From Eledone cirrhosa (Eukaryota): 64,000 nt of DNA. The translations under genes and the position numbers were made by a program. The stretch is taken from the NCBI GenBank assembly GCA_964016885.1, contig OZ024745.1, positions 118,482,001-118,546,000 on the forward strand, given 5' to 3'. This document shows positions 40,993 through 54,620 of the stretch, piece by piece (position 1 is the first letter of the stretch; every line of letters begins with the position of its first letter). The notes under the pieces are model-generated. The model was not told the origin of the DNA. It did no database searches and worked only from the letters and a program-made list of their open reading frames with translations.

Positions 40993-41151
40993 GTGTGAGT
41001 GCATATATATGTTTTATATCACTTGTGTGAGTGTATGTGCATGAGTGTTATTGTGTTTCTATCTATATACTCATACATATAAATGTATATTATCTTGGTT
41101 ATCTATGTTAGCTGTAGATAGTTTTTCACAAAAAAGTTTGTAATATATGTG

Positions 41152-41365
41152 TGTGTGTAAAAGGTAAACAGAAATAACAACACCATCAGTACAGTATATG
41201 GAAGGAATATATTAGGTTAATGCTTAAAATAGCAGGAAGAGTTTCGGACACTAGTCCTTCATCAGAAGAAAGAATGAGAAATAAGATAGATTGAAGGGAC
41301 GAGCAGGGTGGAATTGGAAAAAATGTCTTTAGATAATAACAGGTCCATTTATTTTGACATCTCTT
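41152..41365 (-). mobile_element. Hammerhead-bearing repeat (Penelope pLTR-like), copy 1
   Basis: Colinear with 53270-53488. CTGATGA-AGGAC(TAGT)GTCC-GAAAC is present but the cleavage-site side is deleted. Confidence 0.65.
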
Positions 41366-42227
41366 GGAAATATATATACAACAATGATGATGATGATGAT
41401 GATGATATATATATAATTATACAAAAAAAAAACAAACTAGAAAGTTACTTTTGTACCCTTTTTGTATCTAAAATACTACAATTAGCTGTCATTTTTCATG
41501 GCACGGGGCCAGCTAGTAGTTAAATGAAACAGTGAACATGATGAAGATATGTACACCCTCATACAAAAGATAAAGAAGTTCCTGATATACTAATGACAGT
41601 ATGGTCATTGTTGGAACACCTTTTATCATAGGTCTGCTTCATCAGGGCTGTTCCGGGGCTGTCCCAGGGCTAAAGAACAACCACAGACAGAGATATAATA
41701 GAGAAACAACTAGAATGGTAGATAGCTGCTTACATACACACATCATCAAGTTTGGGTAATTTGAAAGAAAGAAGGATAGTAAGATAACATTAAGAGAAAT
41801 AGACAAATAAACACTGATAAATAAAATGGACAGACAGACACAAACAAATAGAAAGATAGATAGATAGATAAGAAAAATACAGAGGAAAAAGTGTGCCAAC
41901 CAAAACATAAATGGCTAAAGATTACCAACACATTTTAGTGTAAGTGTATCTACATACACAGACATGACTCTGCATTCCTCGACAGACCCATATACATATA
42001 TAGTGAAACTAATGTGTGTGTGTGTGTTTGCATATAGGAATGATTACAGAGATAAAGTAAAGTATTAGGTTAAGTAAAGACTAAGTAAACAGATTTAAAT
42101 ATCTCAATGGTTGAAAAGGAGGGAGTAAGTATCATCATCTAAACAGCTGATTGCTTAGACAGACATATATATATATCATCATCATCATCATCATCATCGT
42201 TTAATGTCCATCTTCCACGCTTGCATG

Positions 42228-42309
<82 letters not shown>

Positions 42310-42603
42310 CATATTTCTATATATGTAAATGTATGTATGTATATATGTGTGTATACATACTTGTGCTGCTGATTGTCATCATCATCATCTATATACACAC
42401 ACAAGGGTTGGCTGAACAGTTCATTGGCTGACTAAGATGGAATGACTAAATGAGGTTTATTTTTCGACACAGTCCCAAGAAAAAAACAATGCAGTTATTA
42501 ATAAGAAGAATTGGGATTAATGCATGCAAGATTTCACAGCTCTAGCATCACTTCTTCATACTGAGCCTACTCTTGTGTGTATGTACGCGTGTGTGTGTAG
42601 AGA

Positions 42604-42652
<49 letters not shown>

Positions 42653-42789
42653 GGAGAGAGAGGGAGAGAGAGAGAGAGAGAGCTGCACGCAGTAGTGGAG
42701 TGGCTAGAGTAACCATGAGTGAGAACCCCTTAACTGTTATCAAGCAATTCCACAGCCTTTTCCCCTTCTAAGTACAAAGAACTCAAGTA

Positions 42790-44145
42790 TCTAATCACTG
42801 TTAAGTAACACATCTCAGGGACGCCACTCTCAATGTGTGCAGCCTGAAAGGTAGATGAAGAGAAATTGTGGGAATAGACACGTAGATGTAGACTGTGCTC
42901 AAGAAGTGAGATGGAAGGGTGCCTAAGTGAGGGTGCCTAAGCGAGACTATTCACAGACAAACAGCATAGATAGAAGCTTTTCTGGGTAGGAAATGAGGAT
43001 GGGGAAGGTGGTGTAGGCATTCCTACTAACTTAGAAATGGATAGATATAGTAATAGAGGTAGAGTGACAGGATTATGAAGCTTAGAATTGTTGTAGACAA
43101 CAGTATGGTGACAATTGCATATACCTATGCAGCACATACAGGACTGAGTAAAGAACAAAAGGACAGGTTTTATGAGGAACTTTATAGTTCTTCAAGCCAT
43201 AATAGAGGAACTTAAGATTGGTTGTCCATGAGAACCTTTTTATGTGGATGATATGGTTCTCATAGCTGAATCCATAGAAGAACTAGAGAATAACTTCTGA
43301 TTATGGAAACAGAATTTACAATCAAAAGGGTTGAGAGTAAACTTAGAAAAAACTATAATGTTAGTAAGTTGGAAAGAAGACAGGACCCTGATCGCATCAG
43401 GGAAATGGCCCTGTTCAATATGCAGAAAGAAGTAACAAGAAAGGAAGACATTGTATGTAATAGATGCACAAGAGTAATTGATAGAAAGCGCGTCATGATA
43501 TAAACTTTTTCCAATCCCAGGAATGATTATGGAAGTGGTTGATAGCTTCTGCTCCTTAGGTGATCTAATTATCAGTGAAGGAGAGTGCTCAGGGAGCACA
43601 GAGCTAGAATAAGGATAGGATGGAAGAAGTTTAGAAAGCTACCCCTATGTTGACAACAAAAGGTTTCTCCTTATGAACAAAATGACAGCTGTATGACGCC
43701 TGTACAATGCTACATGGTAACAAAACATGGGCAATGACTGCAGAGGATATGTGTAGGTTGGAGAGAAATGAAGGAAGCCTGTTTGGTTGGATGCACAATG
43801 TTAATGTGAAAGGACAGCAGAGCTTAGATGAATTGAGAGAAAAACTGGGTTTAAGAGGGATAAGAAGTGGTGTGCAAGAGAGAAGACTGCATTGGTATGG
43901 ACATGTGATGTGGGTGGATTGTGAGTGCTGGGTAAAGAAGTGCTAAAATTCCCAGTAGAAGGAAGACCAAGGAAGACCTGGGTGGTGGAGGTGGTGAGAG
44001 CTGATCTTAAATTGCTGAAACTCACAGAAGAGATGATGAAGGAACACGGACAAGTGGAGAGATGCTGTGTAGAAAAAGCCCATCAAAGCCATACATGTGT
44101 GGAAAGGTAGAGATAAAAACAACAACGATGATGATGATGATGATG
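42790..44145 (+). pseudogene. Internally deleted RTE LINE (APE N-terminus joined to RT C-terminus and tail)
   Basis: ATLNVCSLKGR, CAQEVRWKG, KLFWVGNEDGEGGVGI, EQKDRFYEEL, then YVDDMVLIAES, RRLHWYGHVM and (GAT)n. Confidence 0.85.
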
Positions 44146-44177
44146 CTGCTATGTATTCACATTCTTTATATATATAT

Positions 44178-44356
44178 TAGACCACGAAAAAGATGGGCGG
44201 AGGTGGTAAGAACAGACCTCAGATCGCTGAAGCTCACGGTGGAGATGACGAAGGACCGTGACAAGTGGAGAGATGCTGTGCTGAATAAGACCCGTCCCAC
44301 CCTTGCAAGCAGAGAAAAGCGGACGTAAAATGATGATGATGATGATGATGATGATA
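44178..44356 (+). mobile_element. Short, young RTE 3' end
   Basis: Near-identical to about 55285-55450. Confidence 0.88.
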
Positions 44357-45880
44357 TATATATTTATATGTGTGAATCCACTTAGAGATATAAAAATAGA
44401 AAGATGTGTATATGTATATATAAGCTCATACCATGTCAGGCATCCATATATATGTATTTGTGTACATTTGTTTGATGATGAGGAGGAGAAGTAGGGGAGA
44501 GGGAGATAGAAAATGTGGTGGTGTTGTTGTTGATGTTGGTGTTGGTGGTGGTGGTGGTAGTGGTGCTGTAATTAGGGACGAGGTGTTGTAAGCAAAATAA
44601 GTGGTTGCAGGGTGTAAAACATTCAGTGGTAAAATGCTGTATTTATATAGTAGATTGAGGGAGTGGGTAGGTATGTAGATAGATAAGTGTGAAGGTTTAT
44701 ATGGGATGCACATCTTTCTCAGATAGTGTAGTGATACTGAAAATCAACAACAAACTTGTTACACACACACACTTACACACAAACCAAGTACATAAACATT
44801 AATCTAAGTGAATGCAATGTTCCAAATTGTAGGCTACAGTTTCGCAACTATGTAGCTGAAACTTTGCACCAGGGCATATCCTTTCAAGGAAAAGCTCATA
44901 GGGTATATGACATTTTCTGAACAATATTCTTTTCAGTTGTACACAGAAAACTAAGAACATTGTATATCCCTAAGTCTTGTAACAAATTTTGAAAAATGCC
45001 ATAGATTAGGGGGAGGGGGGGGGGGGAGAATGCACTTAGAGTAATTATGTAAATTAGTGCAATATTTTGAAAAGAATTGTCTTTTCTGAGAAAATGAAAA
45101 AAATACAACAGTAAAATTTTATTCTAGTTTCTCCATTTGTTTGTTTACTTTTTTTTTTTCTTTTCTTGGGGGAGGGGAGGGGGGGGGGGGCATATTTAAA
45201 AAAAATTAATTTCCAGTTGAACCATTTTCTGCATGGCTTGGAGTGAATCAGCATTCCCAGATAAAATGAAGGTTGCCAGTGTCTTTTAAAAGAGGAAGGG
45301 GAGGGGAAGAAGGGAGAGGAGGAGGGGGACGAGGAGTTAATTTATTTCCATTTAATTAAATCTATTTTAACAAAAAATGTTTATACCTTGGCCAATGTGG
45401 TTCTCATTGGGAGGGGGGGGGGGCTGAATAAGAGTGTGAAGGGAGAAAACAAAGTGATAGGGTGATAAGTATGACAAAGCTAGTGATGTGTTGGACAGGT
45501 GGCTCTGGTTTAGAATAGGTACACTATATCACTAGGATGGCTAATAAAAAGTGCATTATCCACCGCTCTAATCAATGCCTATTTCCAGGGCCTGAGCTGT
45601 AGATGAACCAGTCTGCTTCTGTGCAGGTTTGTATAAACTACAAACAGCTATCATCTACTAAATTCTCTGTGGACAGAAGATGGGTACTTTTTTTTTTCTG
45701 ATGAAGATTTGAAGAATGCCTCCACATTAGAAACTGTTCAGATCAATCAGATCTTTCCTGTTCGAAGATAGATAAAACCTATGATGTACCCACTTGGTCT
45801 ACTTTCCACAACAACGCTAAAATAGTAGCTTTATTTTCTACAAATACAGCATACATTTCAAACTCTAAGTACGCATGTTG

Positions 45881-45962
<82 letters not shown>

Positions 45963-46383
45963 TGCGAGAGAGAGATACAACTATCAGGCAAATGCTATGA
46001 CAGACTAGATGATGCAATATGGTTTGAAACGATATTGCACTCAGATTTAGTGTAACGCCCCTGTGCAAAATAGAGGACATTTTTTTTTTTTTGCTTGACT
46101 GAATAAAAAGCAAGTGCTGTTCCCTGCTTTACACATGAGCGGTCATTGACAGGAGGGGTATCTTGGCTATAAATATTATTTCATCAAAACCTACATACAC
46201 TTATGATGTAATTACTATACATCAAAAAAGCTATAGGCTTGGTATAAACTGCATGAAAGGATAAAGTATCAAAAGAGAGAAAAATGAAAAAAAAAAAAAT
46301 CATAAATAAAAATGTAAAATTAATGGGAAAAGAAAAGTTGTTTAAAATTCTATTTTGTGTCTGTGTGTTTGGTGTGTGTGTTT

Positions 46384-46456
<73 letters not shown>

Positions 46457-46459
<3 letters not shown>

Positions 46460-46628
46460 GGTTTCTGATTTAGGCACAAGGTCACTAATTTTAGGGGAGG
46501 GGAAAGTTGATTAAATCGATTCCAGTGCATTACTGGTACTTTATTTTATCGACCCTGTAAGGATGAAAGGTAAAGTTAACCTCGGCGGGATTCAAACTCA
46601 GAACGTAAAGGGCCGTAACTATGCTGTG
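46457..46628 (-). mobile_element. SINE family A, 5'-truncated
   Basis: tactggtactttattttatcgacc...ggatgaaagg core. Confidence 0.82.
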
Positions 46629-46789
46629 TATATGTATGTATAATAAATGGTGGTGTGACTGTATGGCTTTCCGGTTTTGGTAAATTCAATGGATCGCAAT
46701 ATGTGGAGAGATGTTGTGCTGAAAAGGGGCCATCCTGCTATTGCAAGCGTAGAAAAGGCAACAAAAATGATGATATATATATATATATA

Positions 46790-46990
46790 TATCATCACTG
46801 TTTTACGTCCATTCTTCCATGCTAGCATGGGTTAGACAGGTTGTCCTGTTGTAGGCAATGCCAGGTCGGCTGACCTTGTCTTGCTCATACAGGAACTGAT
46901 TTTGGCTTAATTTCTACAGCTGGGTGCCCTTCCTAACACCAACCTCATTTACAGCTGGGTGCTTTTTTACCATGGTGCCTAAACAACCAC
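46790..46990 (-). mobile_element. Family-C RTE-tailed element
   Basis: ccatgctagcatggg tail and cagctgg.tgcccttcctaacaccaacc core. Confidence 0.75.
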
Positions 46991-47469
46991 TTTGGATTCG
47001 GGCTTCCTTCTCAGCCATGTGGTTTCAAGTTGCATCTAGCAAAACACAACACCTTAAGTGTTTTTTTACTATAGCTTTGAGCAAAAATGAATTTTGTAAT
47101 GGTTCTTTGGGAAATGGCATGTTACACAGACAGACAGACAGGGGAATATTGTATAAACACCAGTTGATTAGGTCACAATTTTGATCCCTCTTACATTCTA
47201 AAGATATGGTCAATGTTGGGCCTTGAAACCTTAGGTAGGGCTTTTGTTCTGTGTATGAACATAACTATATAATATAATATATCTGCTCTCTTCCCCACTG
47301 TTTTCCTTTTTCACACCAACAGATATTTCTACACACCCATCTGTAGAGACCAAGCCAAAATCTGCCCAGGGTGAGCTAAACATGGTCCTATGATCTGATT
47401 GTCTCCCTAAGGGTCAACCTGCCCTACCCATGCTAGTATGGCAGATGGACATTAAACGATGATCATGAT

Positions 47470-47700
47470 GTATGTGTGTGTGTGTGTGTGTGCTGAGACT
47501 GGAGGTGGGGGCAGTGTATGTGTGTGTGTGCTGAGACTGGAGGTGGGGGCAGTGTATGTGTGTGTGTGCTGAGACTGGAGGTGGGGGAAGTGTATGTGTG
47601 CTGAGACTGGAGGCAGTGTTTGTGTGTTGAGACCGGAGGCAGGGGCAGTGTGTGTGTGCTGAGACTGGAGGCAGGGGCAGTGTGTCTGTGTGCTGAGGCT

Positions 47701-47769
<69 letters not shown>

Positions 47770-47930
47770 AGACTGGAGACAGGGGCAGTGTGTGTTTGTG
47801 TGCTGAGACTGAAGGCAGAGGCAGTGTGTGTGTGTGTATGTGTATGTGTGTGTGTGTGCTGAGACTGGAGGAGGAGGCAGTGTGTGTGTGTATGTGTGTG
47901 TGTGTGTGCTGAGGCAGAGGCAGTGTGTGT
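47470..47930. repeat. Minisatellite: GCTGAGACTGGAGG..GGCAGT units separated by variable (GT)n
   Basis: About 11 units. Confidence 0.9.
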
Positions 47931-48189
47931 GGTTTAGATATTTACATATATCTGATGAATTAAAGAGAGAAAAAGATGAAACCATTCATTAATGATGTTT
48001 GTTGTTAGTTTGTCGTGCTGATGTCAACGACCTCACTGTTGACTAAATCTGTTGTGCATCAAATAATATGTGAGGAAACAAAAGGCGAACTGTAACTAAT
48101 GTACCAAAGATGGATCTGCTGAAGCAAGTTTAGTTTATTAAATGAGATCTTACTACTGAACTAAAATTATGGAAAAATATAAAAAAATC

Positions 48190-48442
48190 TGAATCACACA
48201 CCCACACATACCCAGAGAAGCATGCTCTGTTGTTGCAGAATCACACACACACACACACACACACATACACAGAGAAGCATGTTCTGTTGTTACAGAATCA
48301 CACACACACATACCCAGAGAAGCATGCTCTGTTGTTGCAGAATCACACACACACACACACATACATACACAGAGAAGCATGTTCTGTTGTTGCAGAATCA
48401 CACACACACATACACATACACAGAGAAGCATGCTCTGTTGCA
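48190..48442. repeat. Minisatellite with variable (CA)n, 5 units
   Basis: GAATCA(CA)nTACACAGAGAAGCATGCTCTGTTGTTGCA. Confidence 0.9.
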
Positions 48443-48505
48443 GATAATTCTGTTTGGAGAGAACCAGTGATATGGATTTAGTTGAATGAATTATTCCAAC
48501 CTGGT

Positions 48506-48544
<39 letters not shown>

Positions 48545-48563
48545 ATAGAGAAGATACAGAATT

Positions 48564-48688
48564 ATTTCACATAGAAATGACTTCTACAAGACTAGAACTG
48601 TTTCATTCATTTGAAATCATAAGGAAACTCCTGATATAAAGTGATGGAAATAGTTTTAGTTGCATAGAAGTCATTTCTATATGAAATA
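48564..48688. repeat. Imperfect inverted repeat
   Basis: atttcacatagaaatgacttcta pairs with tagaagtcatttctatatgaaat, with weaker pairing inward. Confidence 0.85.
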
Positions 48689-49640
48689 TATTTTTACATG
48701 TGTACACACAGTATCCTCGCTGTAAAAGAGACTAAAAAGCTTAGTGTGAGGAAGGGCATCCAACAGCAAAACACTGCCTCAAAAAGTCTCATCCAACCCA
48801 TGCCAGCATGGGTTAATGTCAAAATGATGACAATGATATATATATATATATATATATATATGTGTAAGTGAAATAGGACATGATAAACTATTATGTAACC
48901 TGTCTGTAAAATGACAGTTGTATGGAAAATGAAGGTGTGACTTATCTACCAGTGTGACACACACACACGAGTGTGTGTGTGTGTCTGTGTCTGTGTGTGT
49001 GAGAGACAGCCTGTCTAACACATGCATCATGAAAAATAGATGTTAAACTGTGATGATACATACATACATACATATGTACATATATGCATACATACATATA
49101 TACATGCATGCATGCATACATAAATACATACATACATGCATACATGCATACATGCATGTATATATATATATGTATGCCAAACATATCTATGTATGTATCA
49201 TCATCATTTAATGTCTATTTTCCATGCTTGCATGGGTTAAATGGGCTGTCATACACACACAAGTGTGTGTATGTGCTTGCATGGGTTAGATGGGCTGTCA
49301 CATTATGAGACCAGAAACATCAAGTAACCATGCCTTGCTCATATGTTCCATTTGGGGTTTGGTCTCCTATGGCTGGATGCGCTTCCTAATACCATCCACC
49401 TTATAGTTTGTGCCGAGAGGGAGGGGGGCAATCATTTCCTTGTTACAGGGTGGACTGGTGGACTGGGTTCTTTTGGGTCCGGGTATGAACTCCTCACACA
49501 TATTATTAGGGATGCATTTAGAGATTATTAGCGCCAATTTCAGATACTAAAGAAAAAATAGCCCCCTGATGGCCCATAAGTCAAGAGCCTATCCCTTGTT
49601 AGGCAACTGAGTTAATCATTACACTACAAAATATCCAATA

Positions 49641-49855
49641 ACCCTTTACCATTTACATCACTCTTTATTTACTATTGTATTTTTACAGAACAGGCTTTAT
49701 TTCACATAATTATCTCACATAATATCGATCTACAAGATTTTGATGTTATTTATTTTGAGAACAATACCTTAAAGTCGGTATGACCAGCCAGTTATAGCTG
49801 GTTTGAACAAAAAGGAGAATTCTGGCTGGATATTGCCTGTTTAAATGCCAAAGGG
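49641..49855 (-). mobile_element. piggyBac-type MITE (M1)
   Basis: ATAA|CCCTTTACCATTTACA ... TAAATGCCAAAGGG|TTAA. Confidence 0.85.
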
Positions 49856-50109
49856 TTAATCTCCCCTCTCTGAAATTCACTAGTAAATCATTTTTTTTTC
49901 TGTCATTTTAACTGTGTTATTTTTACCTCTACATGATAATTAGTGAGTTATCTAGTGTAGTAGGACAGACTCCACTTGTGAATGTTGAGCTTATACAGAG
50001 CTATATCAATTATTAAATATATCAAATACTTACAATTTATTTTTCCTTGCTAATGAGTAGTTATTTATTATAAATGAATCTATAAAATTATGAATAAGTG
50101 TGTATGTAT

Positions 50110-50440
50110 GTTACTGGATAGAGTGTGTAGCTCAGAGATCAGAGAGTCGCTCTATATAGAGCCATTACTTCTCTGAATTGAGAGATCACAGCTCTAATAC
50201 TACAAAGATGTGTTTAGAATTCCCCAGGAAAGAATTGCTAGACAGATTTTACAGGTAAAACCAACCGGCAGGAGACCCAGGGGTAGACCCTCAGCAAGAC
50301 GGTTGGATAACATCCATGAGCTTGGCTGGTTTTGCTTGGGGATCCAGCTAGATCAGATAGAGATGGTTGCTTCTGACAGGACCCACTGGAGGGAGTGTTT
50401 GAGGACTCTACCCCCATAACTTTCGAGGAGGAGGAGATGG
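50110..50440 (+). mobile_element. RTE-like LINE 3' fragment (second subfamily)
   Basis: ERIARQILQVKPTGRRPRGRP...HWRECLRTLPP. Confidence 0.82.
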
Positions 50441-50589
50441 CTTCAAAAAAAACATGTTTCTAGTTGGTATAAACACTTTATACGCATTGCCTCCCATACC
50501 TCCATCTCTATGGCAACCACCCTAAGGAATCATTCTCCACTTCTCATGCCAAACACCTCAACAGTAGAAGGGGACCAATTAGTTTCTAA

Positions 50590-50750
50590 GTCTCATGTCA
50601 AAACTCCCACCACTCCCACCTCTCATGACAAACTCCCACTACTCCCACCTCTCATGTCAAACCTCCCACTACTCCCACCTCTCATGTCAAACCTCCCACT
50701 ACTCCCATCTCTCCTGACAAACTCCCACTACTCCCACAACCTCCCACTAC
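50590..50750. repeat. 30-bp minisatellite, about 5 copies
   Basis: ACTCCCACTACTCCCACCTCTCATGTCAA-like units. Confidence 0.9.
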
Positions 50751-51049
50751 CACCACCTCGTTCCATGGCACCTACTCAATCAATGTTGAGAGGACACCTC
50801 CTAGTCTTGGCACAGACAAACTCTGTTGTGATGGTGGCACAATAAAAACAATAGTTTAGGCTGTGAAACATTTTATTATTAGCAGGGGAGCAAACTCTAT
50901 AAAGAAGAAAACCACAGTGCAAACAACCTATGGAGGTAAGCAGTTGCTCTGGATAAAAACTCAAAGTTTGTTTTAAATTTTTCTTTATGGGGGGGTTGTA
51001 CATGTGTTTGTGTATGTCTGTGAGAAAATAATGTGAGTATTCTTATGAC

Positions 51050-51320
51050 GCTAAACTCCACCAGTTGCAGACTGCGCATTAACATGTGATATCTCTCTCC
51101 ACAAAGTTTGATCACCAGCAGCAGAGTTCAAAGAGCAAAGATCAAGTCCAGTCCATAAGTTGATATTGTCAAGCCATCGTTTTGGCTGCCAGCCTCTGAT
51201 TCTCTTAGCAACCAACCTTCCTTCCAGGCATAACCTACTCACACCACAGGTTGATCTTTTTATATGGCTGTATAGTTTGAGTACTCTTGACTTGACAATT
51301 GATGTAATTGGTCTAAGGTT
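51050..51320 (-). mobile_element. RTE-like LINE 3' fragment (third subfamily)
   Basis: LKLYSHIKR...LEGRLVAKRIRGWQPKRWLDNI. Confidence 0.7.
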
Positions 51321-51364
51321 CATAAAATTAACATGAAAAAGTCCCCTTAAAGATTTGTTGTACA

Positions 51365-51590
51365 AGGGAGGCCACCTCCGGACCCTCGAAGAGTGAACAG
51401 GAGAGCACACCAGCAGCCCCAGACTGATGTGACAGTTATAACTAGGAGATTACACCAACAACCTCGGACTGGTTTGATTTATACAAATAGAAGAAACACC
51501 CAGACAAAAGAAAAGACCTTTAATATCTGCACATACAACACACGTACCATCAATGTCTGTAATACCAACTCTCTTGAGACAATGATGTAA
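51365..51590 (+). mobile_element. LINE 5' fragment with the start of an APE endonuclease
   Basis: FNICTYNTRTIN resembles the APE N-terminal motif. Confidence 0.55.
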
Positions 51591-52587
51591 GTATATTAGA
51601 ACTTAAATTGATTTTTTTTGTTGGGGGCAGGGGGATGATATTCTGGAATAAAATATTAGCGGTAAACAGATCAATTAAATTTTCAGGGGTTTATATTACA
51701 CAATCACACACAATGTCAGGCACTCTATTTAAGCAGACACAATGTCAGGCACTCTATCAAGCAGACACAGCTTTTAGTCAGAAGCCATCAAGAAGAACAG
51801 AGACTGCCAGTTTTCAAGTCTTACTCAACTTGGGAATGGCAGAGTACCTCAATACATCTATTAGACGTGTGAAATGAAACTAATCAAACTATGTTTTATT
51901 TTCATACTTCAACCCAATGAAATAAGAAGCTTTCTCTGTTGTCTCTTTACTTGTGCAGTTACCACAGGTCTCTACTGATGAACCCAAATCTGTTGTACAT
52001 AAAATTAATTTTTTACATGTCAAGAAAAAATATTTAGACAGTGTATACACAAGAATCAATGTATAATACACAAGAAAATACCATTTTATTTCTAGTTTCA
52101 TTCAAAGCATAGGAACAATAACTGCCATCATATACTCCCACCCTATTTAAAACTCACACAAAAGGAGAAAAACTTAAAATTCACATCAACAAATGGAATA
52201 TGTTACATTCACATGATAATTTTAAATGGCTGCAGTGTTAAGTTCAGCAAAAACTAGATTGACAGGATTTACAAAGTGCAGAATAAGCACCTGACTGACA
52301 ATATATTGTAAATAGCAGTGAAAAGTGCAGGTAACATTGAACAATGATCTTAGCAAGTGAGAAGTGCATTGTGTACCAGATAGATTTTCTGAAAATAAGC
52401 AAAGAGCCAGCTGCAACACATATTAAGCAGGCATTGTTATTGGACTGAAAAGAGTCACACTTATCAGACAAGATTTTGTCACTGCTATTTTTGTTTCTTT
52501 ATTCCTAAAGTGCAGCTACTAGTTACACGCAAACAAACATTATATCAATCAATAAAGCCACTGTTACATGCTTGCTTGACCACCTGT

Positions 52588-53269
<682 letters not shown>

Positions 53270-53272
<3 letters not shown>

Positions 53273-53481
53273 AAAAGGTAAACAGAAATAACACACAATC
53301 GGTACAGTATATGTAAGGAATATATTAGGTTAACGCTTGAAATAGCAGGAAGAGGGTCTTAACGTTTCAGACGCTAGTCCTTCATCAGAAGAAAGAATGA
53401 GAAATAAGATAGATTGAAGGGACTGGCGGATTGGAATTGGTAAAAATGTCTTTAGATAAAAATAACAGGTCCATTCATGTT

Positions 53482-53488
<7 letters not shown>
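53270..53488 (-). mobile_element. Hammerhead-bearing repeat (Penelope pLTR-like), copy 2
   Basis: Colinear with 41152-41365. Confidence 0.7.
53357..53392 (-). ncRNA. Putative minimal type-I hammerhead ribozyme
   Basis: Minus strand: TCTT-CTGATGA-AGGAC(TAGC)GTCT-GAAAC-GTT-AAGA. Stem I is TCTT/AAGA; stem III is the palindrome AACGTT. Confidence 0.72.
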
Positions 53489-53538
<50 letters not shown>

Positions 53539-53543
<5 letters not shown>

Positions 53544-53732
53544 AAAAGGTTTAACCCCGACGGCAGAGCTCAAGACATTTCGACAGCTATTTCTGTCCAG
53601 AAATAGCCGTCGAAACGGCTTGAGCTCTGCCGTCGGGGTTAAATATTTTCCTATTACCCACTCTACTACCCTAAGTATTGAGTACTCTGGTGCATTATGG
53701 TCCATCTGGTTCCTTACCACACCTCCTTTGTT
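53539..53732. mobile_element. Family H element with a fold-back of about 55-bp arms
   Basis: Hairpin at 53539-53655 centred on tttctg-tc-cagaaa; body as at 15135-15215; (TA)n on both sides. Confidence 0.85.
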
Positions 53733-53754
53733 ATATATATATATATATAACATA

Positions 53755-53972
53755 TTAAATTTAAGTCGCTCTGCGACAGGTTTGCGGTTGTACCCTTGGC
53801 AGTGGGGACTTCTGGTGTCCTCGGCCCTAAGGCTACCTCCCTACTCACCACCATAGGCGCTGAGCTGACCAGCTGCAGGTGTGAACCCCGCGAGTTGGAG
53901 TGGCTTTTCCAGCGCACCTCTCTTGCCATCCTCCACGGGAACTCCTTCTCCATCCTGTCCGCCGGGGCTGTG
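53755..53972 (+). mobile_element. CRE-like non-LTR retrotransposon 3' fragment
   Basis: KFKSLCDRFAVVPLAVGTSGVLGP...EWLFQRTSLAILHGNSFSIL resembles the CRE RLE end (FxPxAxETxG...QRLSxAxQRGNA). Confidence 0.75.
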
Positions 53973-54450
53973 TGTGTGTGGAGTGGGGGGGGGGGGGGGG
54001 GTCCGAAACACAAAACTTTGTTGTTTCATTATGATTGCATCAAACTTAAGTATGGAAGGAAAAGTTTTAGACAAAGTACAGCACATATGTAACTAGGAAA
54101 TTAATAGATAAATCAAAGTAAGATTTTTGTCATTACAGTGAATTGTGTTTGAAACAATTATTAGGAAAGTTTAAATTAACTGCTGAGAAGTCAGTCCACA
54201 ATACTGTTTAGTAAATAGCTACCAGTTGACTACCATCCTATACAAGGACAGATTTATCTCTCATCTGCTTAATACTACACAAACTGAAATTAAGCAATTG
54301 CTTTTTGAAAGGATTCGGTTATTAATTTTTAATCTTATCTGATAAAATATAAATATAAATAATATATTTTGGTTTAATAATATCTATATGATGATTTGAC
54401 AGTTATTATAAACGATTCAAACTATCCAAGCATGGAGGACATAAAATAAT

Positions 54451-54620
54451 TGTTTCTACTTTTGGCACAAGGCCAGCAATTATTTTATATAAGTCTGTAA
54501 TTACATTACTGGTACTTTATTTTATCAACCCCGTAAGGATGAAAGGCAAAGTTAACCTCGGCGGGATTTGAACTCAGACCATAAAGGGACGTAACTACCG
54601 ATACTGCCAATCTACCGATT
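54451..54620 (-). mobile_element. SINE family A with a 19-bp TSD
   Basis: atggaggacataaaataat at 54432-54450 and 54621-54639. Confidence 0.9.
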
